DNA of 64,000 bases from Felis catus (Eukaryota): the NCBI RefSeq assembly GCF_018350175.1, contig NC_058369.1, forward strand, positions 14,634,001 to 14,698,000. The letters are read 5' to 3'. Of the stretch, positions 12,901 through 25,900 are shown piece after piece. The notes below the pieces were generated by a model, which saw only the letters and a list, made by a program, of their open reading frames with translations, was not told the origin of the DNA and did no database searches. Numbering within the stretch: the first letter of the stretch is position 1; every line of letters begins with the position of its first letter. The translations under genes and the position numbers were made by a program.

Positions 12901-15900
12901 GCCATCAGCCCAGAGCCTGACGCAGGGCTCGAACTCACGGACCGCGAGATCGTGACCTGGCTGAAGTCGGACGCTTAACCGACTGCGCCACCCAGGCGCC
13001 CCCATTTATTTATTTTTGAGAGAGAGAGCAGGGGAGGGCCAGAGAGAAGGGGAGAAAGAGAATCTCAAGCAGACTCTATGCTGTCAAGTGCAGGGCCTGA
13101 TGCAGGGCTCAATCACGAACCATGAGCCAAAATCAAGAGTTGGACACTTAGGGGTGCCTGGGTGGCTCAGGCGGTTAAGCATCTGACTTCAGCTCAGGTC
13201 ATGATCTCACAGTTCAAGGCCCATGTCAGGCTCCTGCTGTCAGCACAGAGCCCACTTTGGATCCTCTGTCCCCCTTTCTCTCTGCTCCCCCCACTCTCGC
13301 GTGTTCTCTCTCAAAAATAAACAAATGTTAAAAAAAAAAAAAAAAAAAAAAGCCGAACACTTAACCAACAGATCTACTCAGGCGCCGCAATGCCAAAATT
13401 TTATAAAGTGGCTGCACCATTTTCCATTCTCATCAGCAATTAAGATTCTAATTTCTCCGCAACCTCACCCAAACTCATTATTGTCTTTTTTACTATAGCC
13501 ACACCAGTGGGTGTGAGGCAGTATCTCATTATATTTTTTTGGAATGTTTTGATTTATATTTCTCTAAAGACTAATGACATCGAGCATCTTTTCAGGTTTT
13601 CATCGGCCATTCTTTTTTGGGGAAATGTCTATTCGAATTCTTTGCTCATTCTTTAATTGGGTGATGTCTTTTTTATTGTTGAGTTGTAAGAGTTCTTTAT
13701 ATTTTCTGGATACTAGACTCTTAATATATGATTTGCAAGTTTTTTCTCCCATTCTGTGAGTTGTCTTTTTACTTTCTTGACAGTGTCGTTTGAAGCACAA
13801 AAGTTTTTCATTTAGTGAAATCCAATTTATCTATTCTTTTGTTGCTTGTGCTTTAGGCATATCTAAAAAAAACCGTTACTTAATTCAAGGTTATGAAGAT
13901 TTATGCCTATGTTTTCTTCTAAGAGTTTTACAGGGTTAGCTCTTACACTTAGGTATTTGATCCGTTTCATTTTTGTATACGGTGTTAGGTAAGGGTTCAA
14001 ATGCATTCCTATTTTGTTTGTTTGTTTACTTTTGGGAGAGAGAGAGGAGCTGAGAGAGAGGGAGACAGAGAATCTGAGGCAGACTTGGAGCTGTCAGAGC
14101 AGACCCCAGTAGGGGGCTCAAACCCACAAACCATGAAATCACGGCCCGATCCGAAGTCAGATGCTTATGACTGACCCCATCAAATTAATTCTTTTCCATG
14201 TGCAGATCCACTTTTCCAGACCATTTGTTGAAGATACCATTCCTTCCCCACTCAACGGTCTTAGCACCCTTGTAGAAAATCAATTGGCCATATATATATA
14301 TATATATATATATGGGTTTATTTCTGCATTTTCAACTCTATTCCATCGATCTATTGCCTATCTTCAAGTGAACTGCATTTTTAAAAGATCCCCGCGGCTG
14401 CTCTGAGACCAGAATGGAAGGCAAGGGGTGGAATGCTAGTCTGAAGGCTACTACAGCTGGAATAGTCCAGAAATACTGCTGGCTTAGGTTAGTTATGGTA
14501 CTAGACATAAAAAGCAGATAGATCTGGGCTGCCTGGCTGGCTCAGTCAGTGAAGCATGCAACTCGATCTCGGCGTCCTGAGTTCGAGCCCCATGTTGGGC
14601 ATGGAGACTACTTTAAAAAAAATAGGCAGGTCTCTGACTACAGCAATGAAATCAACAGGACCTCCTGATAAACTGGTGTGGGATTGGGGGAAAGAGGAGA
14701 TCCAAGGATGACTACTACTAGTTTTTGCATGAAAGGAGACACCATTAACTGCCACAGGGGAGACTGGAAGACAGCAGGTTTAGGGAAGAAGGGTCTGGAA
14801 AGCAGAGCTGTGCTTTGATCAGGTTACACTTGAGATTGCTAGGAGCTACCCAAGAGGAGGTATCAGATAGGCAGCCAGGCACATGGACATGGCCTCAAGG
14901 TTGGAGATAAGCAATATAAAGATGGGGAGTCCTGGGCATAGAGGTGGCACCTTAAGCCACAAGATTTGAGGAAAGCATCATAAGGGGTAGAGAGAAAGGA
15001 GTCCATGCCCCAGACCCAGGCCCGTTGACTTCTAGAAGTCAAGCAGAGAAAAGCCTGCAGAAAAGACGGGGACCGAATTGCCAGTGAGGAGGAACCAAGA
15101 AAAACAGTTTCCAGGAGAAAAGAGCAATCTGTGAGAAATACTTAGAGGCAAAGCAATAGAAGAATCCAGAAGAGACCTTGGATTTAGCCACAAGGAGGTC
15201 ATTGATGACTCAGCAGAGGGAGAAGGTTGGGAGAGAATGGGTGGAGAAGAGGAAGTAGAAGCAGCAACCTCAAATAAAAGAGAGTAAAGAAACACAGGAG
15301 GTATTTAAAGAAAAGGTGTGCAGTATGTTTTGTTTTTCTTCTGTATTTTATGATGCTTTGACACCCTGGGGCCGGGAGAAACTGTCCCTCCCAGCACTAG
15401 CTAATTCCAGATATACCAAACAGCTTGCCTGAGAGCACGCCTTTCCTGCAAATCCAAATCCTAAGCCCATATGCGTAACCACCTTCTTTATCTACCTCTC
15501 AGCACCGGCCAACACTCCTCCTGCCCTAAATTTCCAGATGGCCAGCTAACAATTAGCGACCGCTGCTATCGCCCAGAGCCTGCCATAAGTATTTACACTG
15601 CCCAATCTTAAACTTGCTCAAACTCACCTGCCCTGGTTTGCCCATTCCTTCCCTTGGAAATCACACTAAAGATTCTGAGCCATGCTTTCCCTGCACTCCT
15701 TCTTTCTCCGGAAGGACTTGGGTGCTTCCCAGTATGGCCCTGCCTCCTCCCCTGGGGAACTGTAAGTAATAAACTTCTTTCAAAGTTGTCTCTATGTCTG
15801 TCATCTTACCTTGACTAATTAAAACAAATCCCTGGGGCGCCTGGGTGGCTCAGTCGGTTGAGCGTCCGACTTGGGCTCAGGTCATGATCTCACGGTCTGT

Positions 15901-18193
15901 GAGTTCAAGCCCCGCGTCGGGCTCTGTGCTGACAGCTCGGAGCCCGGAGCCTGCTTTGGCTTCTGTGTCTCCCTCTCTCTCTCTGCCCCTCCCCTGCTCA
16001 TGCTCCGTCTCTCTCTGTCTCATAAATGGATAAAACGTTAAAAACAATAATAAAAAAATAAAACAAATCCCAGCTACAAATCAAGATGCGGGGGATAGTC
16101 AAGGGACGTTTTTGGTGGTTGTTCTTTGTTGTTAAAGACAGGAGACACTTGCACATGCTTAGACACCAAACAGCCAGTCTAGAGGGAGAACGTGATAACA
16201 CAAGAGAGTGAGCATAATTGTAATTGTAATGGTGTGTCCGTGTGTCAAAACTTCTGCGAACTCTGAGGAAGTACCGTGCCATCTATTTTAACATTTGCTG
16301 TTATTGTGACTTTAAATCTCGTAATGCTATCATCTAAGTACCCATTATTAAAAGACACTGCCAAGGCTGGATAGTGTACCTGAAAATTGGTAACTTCATG
16401 ACTGAAGTCAAATATGATGAACGCTACGAGGAAGGCCAGACATCTGCCACAGCTCCCTACATCGTCAGTCTACAGGAGCCTCCTTGTTTCTAGGTGCCTT
16501 CTAAATTCACCATGCACCCCCCCTCCCCGTGAGATGCATTTCAAAAGGCTAGAGTTGGGGTGCAGGAATCAGGTCCCCGTCTCCGAACCTCAAATACGAA
16601 AATGTTTGTGGGGGTTGAGATTTGATCTTCTGCAAATCTAAACCCAAATATTAGTCTTTCTTATGCAGTGCACGGTAACTGATCACACAGGATATTCAGC
16701 CTGGAATGTTTTCCTTCTATGGAAGCAGTAGTACCATTAATGAAATGGATTCCAGCTAGAGCTTGTTATCTTCTGTAAATGTAATTCTAAAAATGCGAGG
16801 AAAGAAAATGAAGTCAGCCGTTCTGCTTCCTAAAGGGAACTTCAGGAATGTTTATCCCCAGCTCAGTTTTCTGCTTAATAAAACATCGTATTGCAGATAC
16901 AGGTATAAAGTAACTTCAAAAGAATTTTTTTTAATGTTTATTTTTGAGGGGGCGGGGCAGGGGCAGAGAAAGAGACACACAGAATCTGAAGCAGGCTCCA
17001 GGCTCTGAGGTGTACCCCCAACGTGGGGCTTGAACTCATGAACCACAAGATCACGACCTGAGCCAAAGTCGGACGGCTCAACTGACTGAGCCACCCAGGC
17101 AGGCACCCCTAAAGTACCTTATAATGCACACAAAGTAATTTCACAGGAGTTTTTGTGGTTTATTATGAAAAGTAAACAAATGTCTAAGCTTTGGGCATGA
17201 TCTTGGCCTAGAGGTGATCAAGCAGCTGACAGCAAACCATCAATGACGATGTAAAAAAAGTGGGGACAGTCCAGCACATTCACAGCATTACCAAAGGGGA
17301 TGAACTTATGTGATGGACATTCTGAAGGTGACTCCCAATGAGTATAATCCTCTTTCCTTGTTCGGGCAGAACCTGTGACTTGCAAAGTGGCAAAGATGAT
17401 GAGACAGTCTTTCCCATGCTTATGTTACATTATCTACAGCTCCATCTAAGCGGACTAGACAGCATCACCTGTGGGCCCTGAAGCCAGCTGCCATGTGGTG
17501 AGAGCTGGTGGCAGGACTACAGGTAGCCCCGGCTGTCAGCTAGCAAGAGAACAGGAACCTCAGTCCCATAACTGCAAGGAACTGAATTCTGCCAACAATC
17601 CCACAAGATGGAAGAGAACCCTAAGCTCCACATAGGACCACAGCCCAGCCAGCATCTTGACTATAGCCTTGGGAGACCCTGAGCAGAGGTCCCAGCTCAG
17701 CCGTGCCCAGATTCCTGACCCATGGAAACTGAGATCGCAAATGTTATGTTGTTTCAAACCGCTAGGCTTACTTTTAAAAAATTCTTTAAAAAAAAGAGGG
17801 AGGCACCTGGGTGGCTCAGTTGGTTAAGCATCTGACTTCAGCTCAGGTCATGATCTCACGGTTCATGAGTTCAAGCCTCGCATTGGGGTCTGTGCTGACA
17901 GCACAGAGCCTGCTTGAGACTCTCTATCTCCCTCTCTCTCTCTCTGCTCCTCTTTGACTCTCTCTCTTTGAGAGAGAGAAGTCTCTCTCAAAATAAATAA
18001 ATAAACTTCAAAAATTCTTTAAAAAATACCACTAGGGGGGCGCCTGGGTGGCTCAGTCAGTTAAGCATCTGACTTTGACTCAGGTCATGATCTCATGGTT
18101 TGTGGGATCAAGCCCTGCATCAGGCTCTGTGCTGACAGCCTGGACCCTGCTTCAGATTCTGTGCCTCCCTCTCTCTCTGCCCTTCCCCCACCC

Positions 18194-18246
<53 letters not shown>

Positions 18247-19899
18247 AAAAATGAATAAATGTTAAAAAAAAATAAGTAAAGATACTTTTGAGGCTCTTTC
18301 TAAACTAAATTAAAACAAAGCAACACTGTGAATATCCTTTTAAAACCAATGCTAAGAAATCTATAGCAAAACTGAGTCATATAAGAATCACTCCAGAAAA
18401 TGAAAGCACAGAGGTTTATCCTCCCTAACCTCATTTATTCAATATTTATAGGACTTTTACTTTGGAACAACTATATGCTGGTCACTATATCAGGAGAAAG
18501 GAACATGGAAATGAAAAGAACATAAGCCACATTCTGGCTTCTACTACCAGTATATTATAGCTCCTAATTTTAGCTGGAACTTACTTTACTTTTCCAAATT
18601 ATGGAACAATCTACTTTCCTTAACAAGGTATCATTTTAAATTACCAGGGAATTTAAAGATTTACTGAGATTTAAAGATATACTGAGATATATTCTTCTTC
18701 ATAGAACAGGATACTTCTTGAAAAATCTTCCCTGAGAGCAATAATGATTCTAATGCCTTAACCAAAGATGGAATAGGATCTCCTTAATTATTCTCATTTC
18801 TAGAAAGATTTGTTCAGCTGACAAAAACAGTCAACAATATTATGTACCTCCCAGAGACAGACCTAGGTACAGAACAAAAATTAGAAGACATGATGGGGTA
18901 CATGGGTGGCTCAGTTGGTTCAGCATCCAACTTCGGCTCAAGTCATGATCTCATAGTTTGTGAGTTCGAGCCCCACATAGGGCTCTGTGCTGACAGCTCA
19001 GAGCCTGAAGCCCGCTTCGGATTCTGTGTCTTCCTCTCTCTCTGTCACTCTCCCGCTCACATGCTCTCTCTCTCAAAAATAAACATTAAATTTTTTTTTT
19101 TTAATTAGAAGACATGAATTCTTAAGTAATAGAACTTCGATGGAAAGCCTAGAAATTCACAGAGGGTCCCAAGTTCCAGGAAGGAACAGCAGCCCAGGAC
19201 TCAGAGGCCAGCATTTCAAAATAAGGTTCTCTGTAACAGTGAAATTGGGAAAAATCAATCCATTAACGGAAGCCATCAATCACTGGTAAAGGTCACTCTA
19301 AAAGCAAACACAAAAGCAAAAAGCCAAAAATGGTTAGATGAGTCGGGGTTGAGATTATATATGGATATCCAAGGTCAACCATGGAAATTATTACAGTAAT
19401 TTAGCAAAATGAAACCTTGGATCAGGAGCTAGTTTGGGCACTAAAAAAAGGGGGGGGGGATTCTTTCACATGACACAAGAAAACAAGCTGCAGAACTTGA
19501 ATAAAGGAATGACCTTTAAAATGAATAAATTTAAGTCTGTGAAAAGCTCATTATAATGTCCTTATTTCTTAATTTGTCCCTGGACTGGTTACAGTCAATA
19601 CTACTGCTAAATTTCTTACTCAAAACCACAACTTCTGGTCTCTCCCCTGCTCAAAAAGGTGGTATGACTTCTCACTCCCTGCTTTAATCAATTCTAGCCC
19701 CTTAGCAAGGCATTCAAGGCTCTTCACCAGCTTCTCTTTGACCCTCTCCCTCCTCTGTACTTGGGGAAGTCCTACTCCTCTTTTATGCGCAAGACTCTGA
19801 TGGGTGGCCTGTCCCATCCTGGATTCCTTACTCCTCCCCTGCTCCATTCCCTTTATTTATTATTTAAAAATTTTAACCTTTATTTATTTTTGAGGGGGA

Positions 19900-19963
<64 letters not shown>

Positions 19964-22900
19964 ATGAGTGGGGGAGAGGCAGAGAGAGAGGGAGACACAG
20001 AATCTCAAGTAGGCTCCAGGCTCTGAGGTGTCAGCCCAGAGCCTGACACAGGGCTTGAACTCATGAACCATGAGATCATGACCCCAGCCAAAATTAGACA
20101 CTTAACCAACTGATCCACCCGGGTGCCCCTGTGAAACTTTTCTAAAATATTCTGCATGTTGCTTTACTTAATAAAACCGCTTCAAAAGGGATTTTGCTGT
20201 GACCTTAGATTTTAGATAGCTTTTAGGAAATTGTTTTAAAACCAACAAAATTCAACTCTTAGGGAAAGTACTCCAAAGACAGCAAGACTTTCCTTTGGCA
20301 CTAGACCAAGCCAAGCTAAGCATGTTAATCCTAAGAGCAAAGCTAAAACCTACAAGCAGGCTAAGAAGAGAGTGCTGTCACTAAGTGGGTGGGATCTAAT
20401 GAACCTTCTTAAGATTGATGAAAAGAAAAACTTCAACTCTGAAGTTCTACTTCCCAGGTTTGGACAAGTAGATCCCATCTGGCTAATACTATCTAGCTTT
20501 GGGAAATTCCAAACCATAAATTCCTCCTCTGACTCCCCACATGCTTTGAACAGGCATGCTGAAAACCAAATGCTCACTGACATGCATTCCAGAACTAGAA
20601 TACTAAATACAGGGACATAGATCTTTAGAAAAGGGGCACACCATTCAGTTGACAGTTTATGCTTTGCCACTTGTGTAAGTTCTAAAGATAGTCAAAATTA
20701 GATCTTTTTTTTTAACATTTTTTTTATTTTTGAGACAGAAACAGAGCATGCATGGGGGAGGGGCAGAGAAAAGAGAGAGACACAGAATCGGAAGCAGGCT
20801 CCAGGCTCTGAGCCATCAGCCCAGAGCCGGACGCGGGGCTTGAACCCACGGACCGCGAGGTCGTGACCTGAGCTGAAGTTGGACGCCTAACCAACTGAGC
20901 CACCGAGGCGCCCCATAGATCATCTTTTTTTATTTAACAACTAAAATTTAGTCCATATTATAGGCAATGTCAATCTGCAGAAATACTGGAGGAATTAAGA
21001 AAGTCGTACAAATTTCTACTAGTAGAAAATATCTAGCATGTCGTATATGTAAAAGTCAAATTAAAAAATTCAGGGCACCTGGATGGCTTAGTTGGTTAAG
21101 CACCTGACTTCGGTTCAGGTCATGATCTCATGGTTTGTGGGTTTGAGCCCTGTGTCAGGCTTCCTGCTGACAGCTCAGAGCCTGGAGCCTGCTTCAGATT
21201 CTGTGTCTCCCTCTCTTTCTTCCTCTCCCGACTCGCCCTGTCTCTGTCTCTGTCTGTCTCTCCCTCTCTTTCTGCCCCTCCCCCACTTGCCCTGTGTCTC
21301 AAAAAATAAATAAATATTAAAAAAAAAAAACAAAAAACGATGGGGCGCCTGGTGGCTCAGTCAGTAAGCATATGACTTCAGCTCACGTCACAATCTCATG
21401 GTTAGTGAGTTCGAGCCCCGTATGGAGTTCTGTGCTGATAGATCAGAGCCTGGAGCCTGCTTCAGATTCTGTGTCTCCCTCTCTCTCTGCCCCTCCTCCG
21501 ATGGTGCGCTGTCTCTGTCTCTCTCTCTCTCTCTTTCTCAAAAATAAATAAACATTAAAAAAATAGAAACTAAATAAAAGAAAAAATTCAGAGAGGGGTG
21601 CCTGGGTGGCTCGGTCGGTTAAGCGTCCAACTTCAGCTCAGGTCATGATCTCATGGTTTGAGTTTGAGCCTCACACTGGGCTCTGTGCTGACAGCAGAGA
21701 GTCTGCTAGGGATTCTCTGTCCCTCATCTTTCTCCGCCCCTCCCCCACCCATTCTGTCTCAAAATAAACTTTAAAAAAGAAAAAATTCAGAGAAATCTCT
21801 TCCTAAGAAAAATTGTGAAGGTCTTTAATTGGAGTAGTACCTGTTATGTTGCCTAAAAGCCAACTTCTAAATGTGATCTTTATAGTTTCAAATACATCAC
21901 CCCATATACCAAATTGCCTGCTTCTAAACAAATACAACAGTGACCATTCTCCATCATATCTTTATTCACTATATATAAAGGGTTTTTGCCCTAAGAACCT
22001 ATTCCCATCCCCCAGCAGTCACTTGCTATTACACTCAAGTTCTACAAACACAAATCTGGGCTGTGGTTTTTTGTTTTTAATTTTTTTAATGTTTATTTTT
22101 GAGAGAGAGACAGAGAGTGAGCAGGAGAGGGACAGAGAGGGAGATTGGGGGACACAGGATCTGAAGCAGGCTCCAAGCTCTGAGCTGTCAGCACAGAGCC
22201 CAATGCAGGGCTCAAACTCACAAACCGTGAGATCGTGACCTGAGCCGAAGTTGGACACTTAACCAACTGAACCACCCAGGCACCCCTGGGCTGTGGTTTT
22301 ATAGACACTATAAAGGAAATACAGAAACAACCCTGGAACTTCCACAACCTGATTTCCTTAGGTTGAAATGGAAACAGACCCTGAAACAACAGGGTGTTAT
22401 GGCCCCAAGCCAAGATTTTCATTAAGAAGAAAAAAAAATCAACTATTTCCTGAATTTTATTTGTTCACTTTGAATGTTCTTTCCATATTAAGTAGGCAAA
22501 ACAATGCTAATATGTGACCCTTGTGATTAATTTAAAATCCATTATGCCCACCAACACAACTTAAGCTCCAAAATAAATTCATTTGTCAGATTAACCAACT
22601 ATTATGTAAACTGATTCATGAAAATAGGAATAAATGGGACACTATTATCTCCACTCTTGAGAGCCTGACCTCTCCAAGTGTGCTTTGGGATCCAATGCAC
22701 TGGCACCCTTGGGAGCTTGTTAGAAATGTGGACTCTTGGGCTCCATTGGGACCTGCTACATTAGAACTTCCATTGCAATAAGATTCCCACAGAAATTTTC
22801 TCCATGTCCAGCCTGGGAAGAACTGCTCTAAAACACCACTATTCAGTATTTTCTGCAATTTTGGAAATGTTTTCTCTCTGTCCTAATATGGTAGCCACTC

Positions 22901-25900
22901 GTTACATGTAGCTACTGAGCACTTGAAATGTAGCTAGTGCGACTGAGAGACTGTTTAATTTTATTTAATTTTAATTCATTTTAATATAAAAAGACACATA
23001 GAGGGGCGCCTGGGTGGCTCAGTCGGTTGAGCGTCTGAGCATCCCACTTTGACTCAGGTCATGATCTCACGGTTTGTGGGGTCGAGCCCCGTGTAGGGCT
23101 CTGGGCTGACAGCTCAGAGCCTGGAGCCTGCTTCAGACTCTGTGTCTGTCTCTTTCTCTCTCTCTCTGCCCCTCGCCTGCTCGCACTCTGTCCCCGTCGC
23201 TCTCTCTCAAAAATAAATAAACATTAAAAAAAGTTTTTTAATAAAAAATAAAAATAAAAGACACATAGTGAGTGACTACCACATTGACTGGTACAGCTAT
23301 CTGGGGAGTCAGCGTACACCTACAAGCAAAGGGTCAAGAAGTGACCACTGCAGCCAAACCCGCCAATCCAGCAACACATAACACAATTCACGCAGAACGA
23401 CTTGAAGGCCAGTCCTCTTCAGCTGCCTCTCCCAGAACATCAGGTATGGAGCATGAATTTCCAGTAACATTTTTTTTTTTTTAATTTACTTTGAGAGAGA
23501 GAGAGAGAGCACAAGTGGGGGAGGAACAAGAGAGGGAGAGAGAGAGAATCCCAAGCAGGTTCTGCACTGTCAGCACAGAGCCTGATGCGGGGCTCGAACC
23601 CATGAACTGTGAGATCATGACCTGAGAGCTGAAATCAAGAGTTGGATGCTTAACTGTCTGAGCCACCCAGGTGCTCCTGGAGAATGAATCTCCAGATGAC
23701 ACTGTGACCATTCTGCTTCCTTTCTCCATCAGGTTTCCAAAATTAACCCCTCAGCTCTAGAGTTTTCATACTAATTTCTTAGAAATCTCACTACTAGATA
23801 AAAAACGAGTCGATCAGCCTTTGATAAGAGGCAGCTTCCTGGCTCTGAGTCCTGAGGATCCCCGAGGGTATGGTACCTGAACAAACCGGTGGGGGTGGGG
23901 AGTGGGAGAGGGCCCAGAGCTTGCAACAGATTTTTATGACTCAAACACTGGCTAAAGACCCTGGGAGGAGGGAAGAATTTTGGAGCCTGACAGTCTTGAC
24001 AAAAGAGCCCTCATAATAACCCTCATAAACTCCTCATAAAGGTAGTCATAGAAGCAAATGAAATAGCCTATGTAGAAACTGTAAAATGTTGTAAAATTTA
24101 TTATTATAAAAAAACAAGGCTATGCATGATAGAGCAAAATAGTCAGAGTGCCTGGGTGGCTCAGTAGGTTAAGCGTCTGACTCAATTTCCGCTCAGGTCA
24201 TGATCCCACAGTTCGTGGGAGAGAGCCTCATTTCGGGCTCCGTGCTGACAGTGCAGAGTCTGCTTGGGATTCTCTCTCTCTCTCTGCCCCTCTCCCTGCT
24301 CATGCTCTCTTTCTCAAAATAAATAAATAAACTTAAAAAAAAAAAAAAAAGACAAAATACTCAGACAAACCTTGGCAAATGAGATAAAATTTTCTACCTT
24401 ACTGGTTTCATACAAAAAAAGGGGCACCTGGCTGGCTCAGTCGGTACAGCATGTGACTCTTGATCTCAGAGTTGTGAGTTCAAGTCCCATGGTGGGTATA
24501 GAGATTACTTAAAAATAAAATCTTAAGGGGCGCCTGGGTGGCTCAGTCACTTAAGCGTCCAACTTCGGCTCGGGTCATGATCTCACGACTCGTGACTTCA
24601 AGCCCGGCGTTGGGCTCTGTGCTGACAGCTCAGTCTGCTAGGGATCCTGCTTCGGATTCCGTGTCTCCCTCTCTCTCTCTGCCCCTCCCCTGTTCACGCT
24701 CTGTCTCTCTCAAAGATGAATAAACTTAAAAAAATTTTTAAAATAAAAACAAAATCTTAACAAGAAAGAAATGAGGACATCATCAGTAAACAGTTCCAAA
24801 TCAGAAAATGCAGAACTGCCCCTTCTCGAGGAAGAGCTTAGAATATAGCTGAAGGTCAGAAGATCATTTGAGAAGACTGGTTATCCCTCACGTAGTAGAA
24901 AGTACCCAGTTGACTCAGGCTGAATCTAAACTAAGACAGTATATTCCAAAGTCCCCACACTCCACTATCCGTGTAGCCCAGAGGAAGAACAATACACAGT
25001 TCACTATTCTAAGACTATTCAGCTACAATGACACAATGAACAACGCACAAGCACTTGCAGCTGCCTTTGAATAATGAAGGTTTAAAGAGAGTAGGTGTGC
25101 TTTCCCTCTTTTTTTTTTTTTTTAACATTTATTTATTTTTGAGACAGAGAGAGACAGAGCATGAACGGGGGAGGGGCAGAGAGAGAGGCAGACACAGAAT
25201 CGGAAGCAGGCTCCAGGCTCCGAGCCATCAGCCCAGAGCCTGACGCGGGGCTCGAACTCACGGACCGCGAGATCGTGACCTGAGCTGAAGTCGGATGCTC
25301 AACCGACTGAGCCACCCAGGCGCCCCTGCTTTCCCTCTTTAAACACACCTGTGGGGCACCTGCGTGGCTCAGTCGATTAAGCATCTGATTTCAGCTTAGG
25401 TCACGATCTCGCGGTCCGTGAGTTCGAGCCCCGCGTCGGGCTCTGGGCTGACGCTCGGAGCCTGGAGCCTGCTTCGGATTCTGTGTCTCCCTCTCTTTGC
25501 CCCTCCCCTGCTCACACTCGGTCTCTCTCAAAAATGAATAAATGTTAAAAAAAAATTAAAACAAAAACAAAACACATTTGTGGTGACCAAATAGTTTGAA
25601 AGGGCTGCACATCTGAGATGAAAAATTCTTTCTTGCTAGACAGTTGAGCTAAACTGACTCCAGGGCCTATGAAGGGGTCAGCAGGGGTACTGAGAGAGGG
25701 CAGGGTCAGAAAGACTTGCAAAAGCCTCACCCAGTTGCCTGATCAGGACAGACAAGATCTGTTTCCCCTCTTGAGTTGGTCATCTACCAGGCTGCAGAGT
25801 TTACTATGAGGAAAAGACCCACCCAAGTTGTTTGCTCCAGAGTAGAACTAACGTTGCACTAGCGGACTGAAGACTGTGTCTGGAGTTGAGTGACTTTTAA

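Larger units (their letters stand above)
11030..15300 (-). mobile_element. LINE-2 relic (about 11030-11503 and 14370-15300) split by younger elements
   Basis: tttactgagc...tatgtgcca 3' end; left part stops at gatgggaa and resumes at ttttaaaagatc...ggctgct, as in the remembered L2 consensus. Confidence 0.65.

Noticed and set aside
18029..18044. CTCF-like motif ccactaggggggcgcc
   Set aside because: It has one G too many for the consensus spacing and arises from the flank/SINE-head junction.
20350..20670. ORFs in unique AT-rich intronic sequence (also 16330-16900 and 19120-19600) as possible processed pseudogenes
   Set aside because: I could not recognise any parent protein, poly(A) tail or TSD; a BLAST search would be needed.
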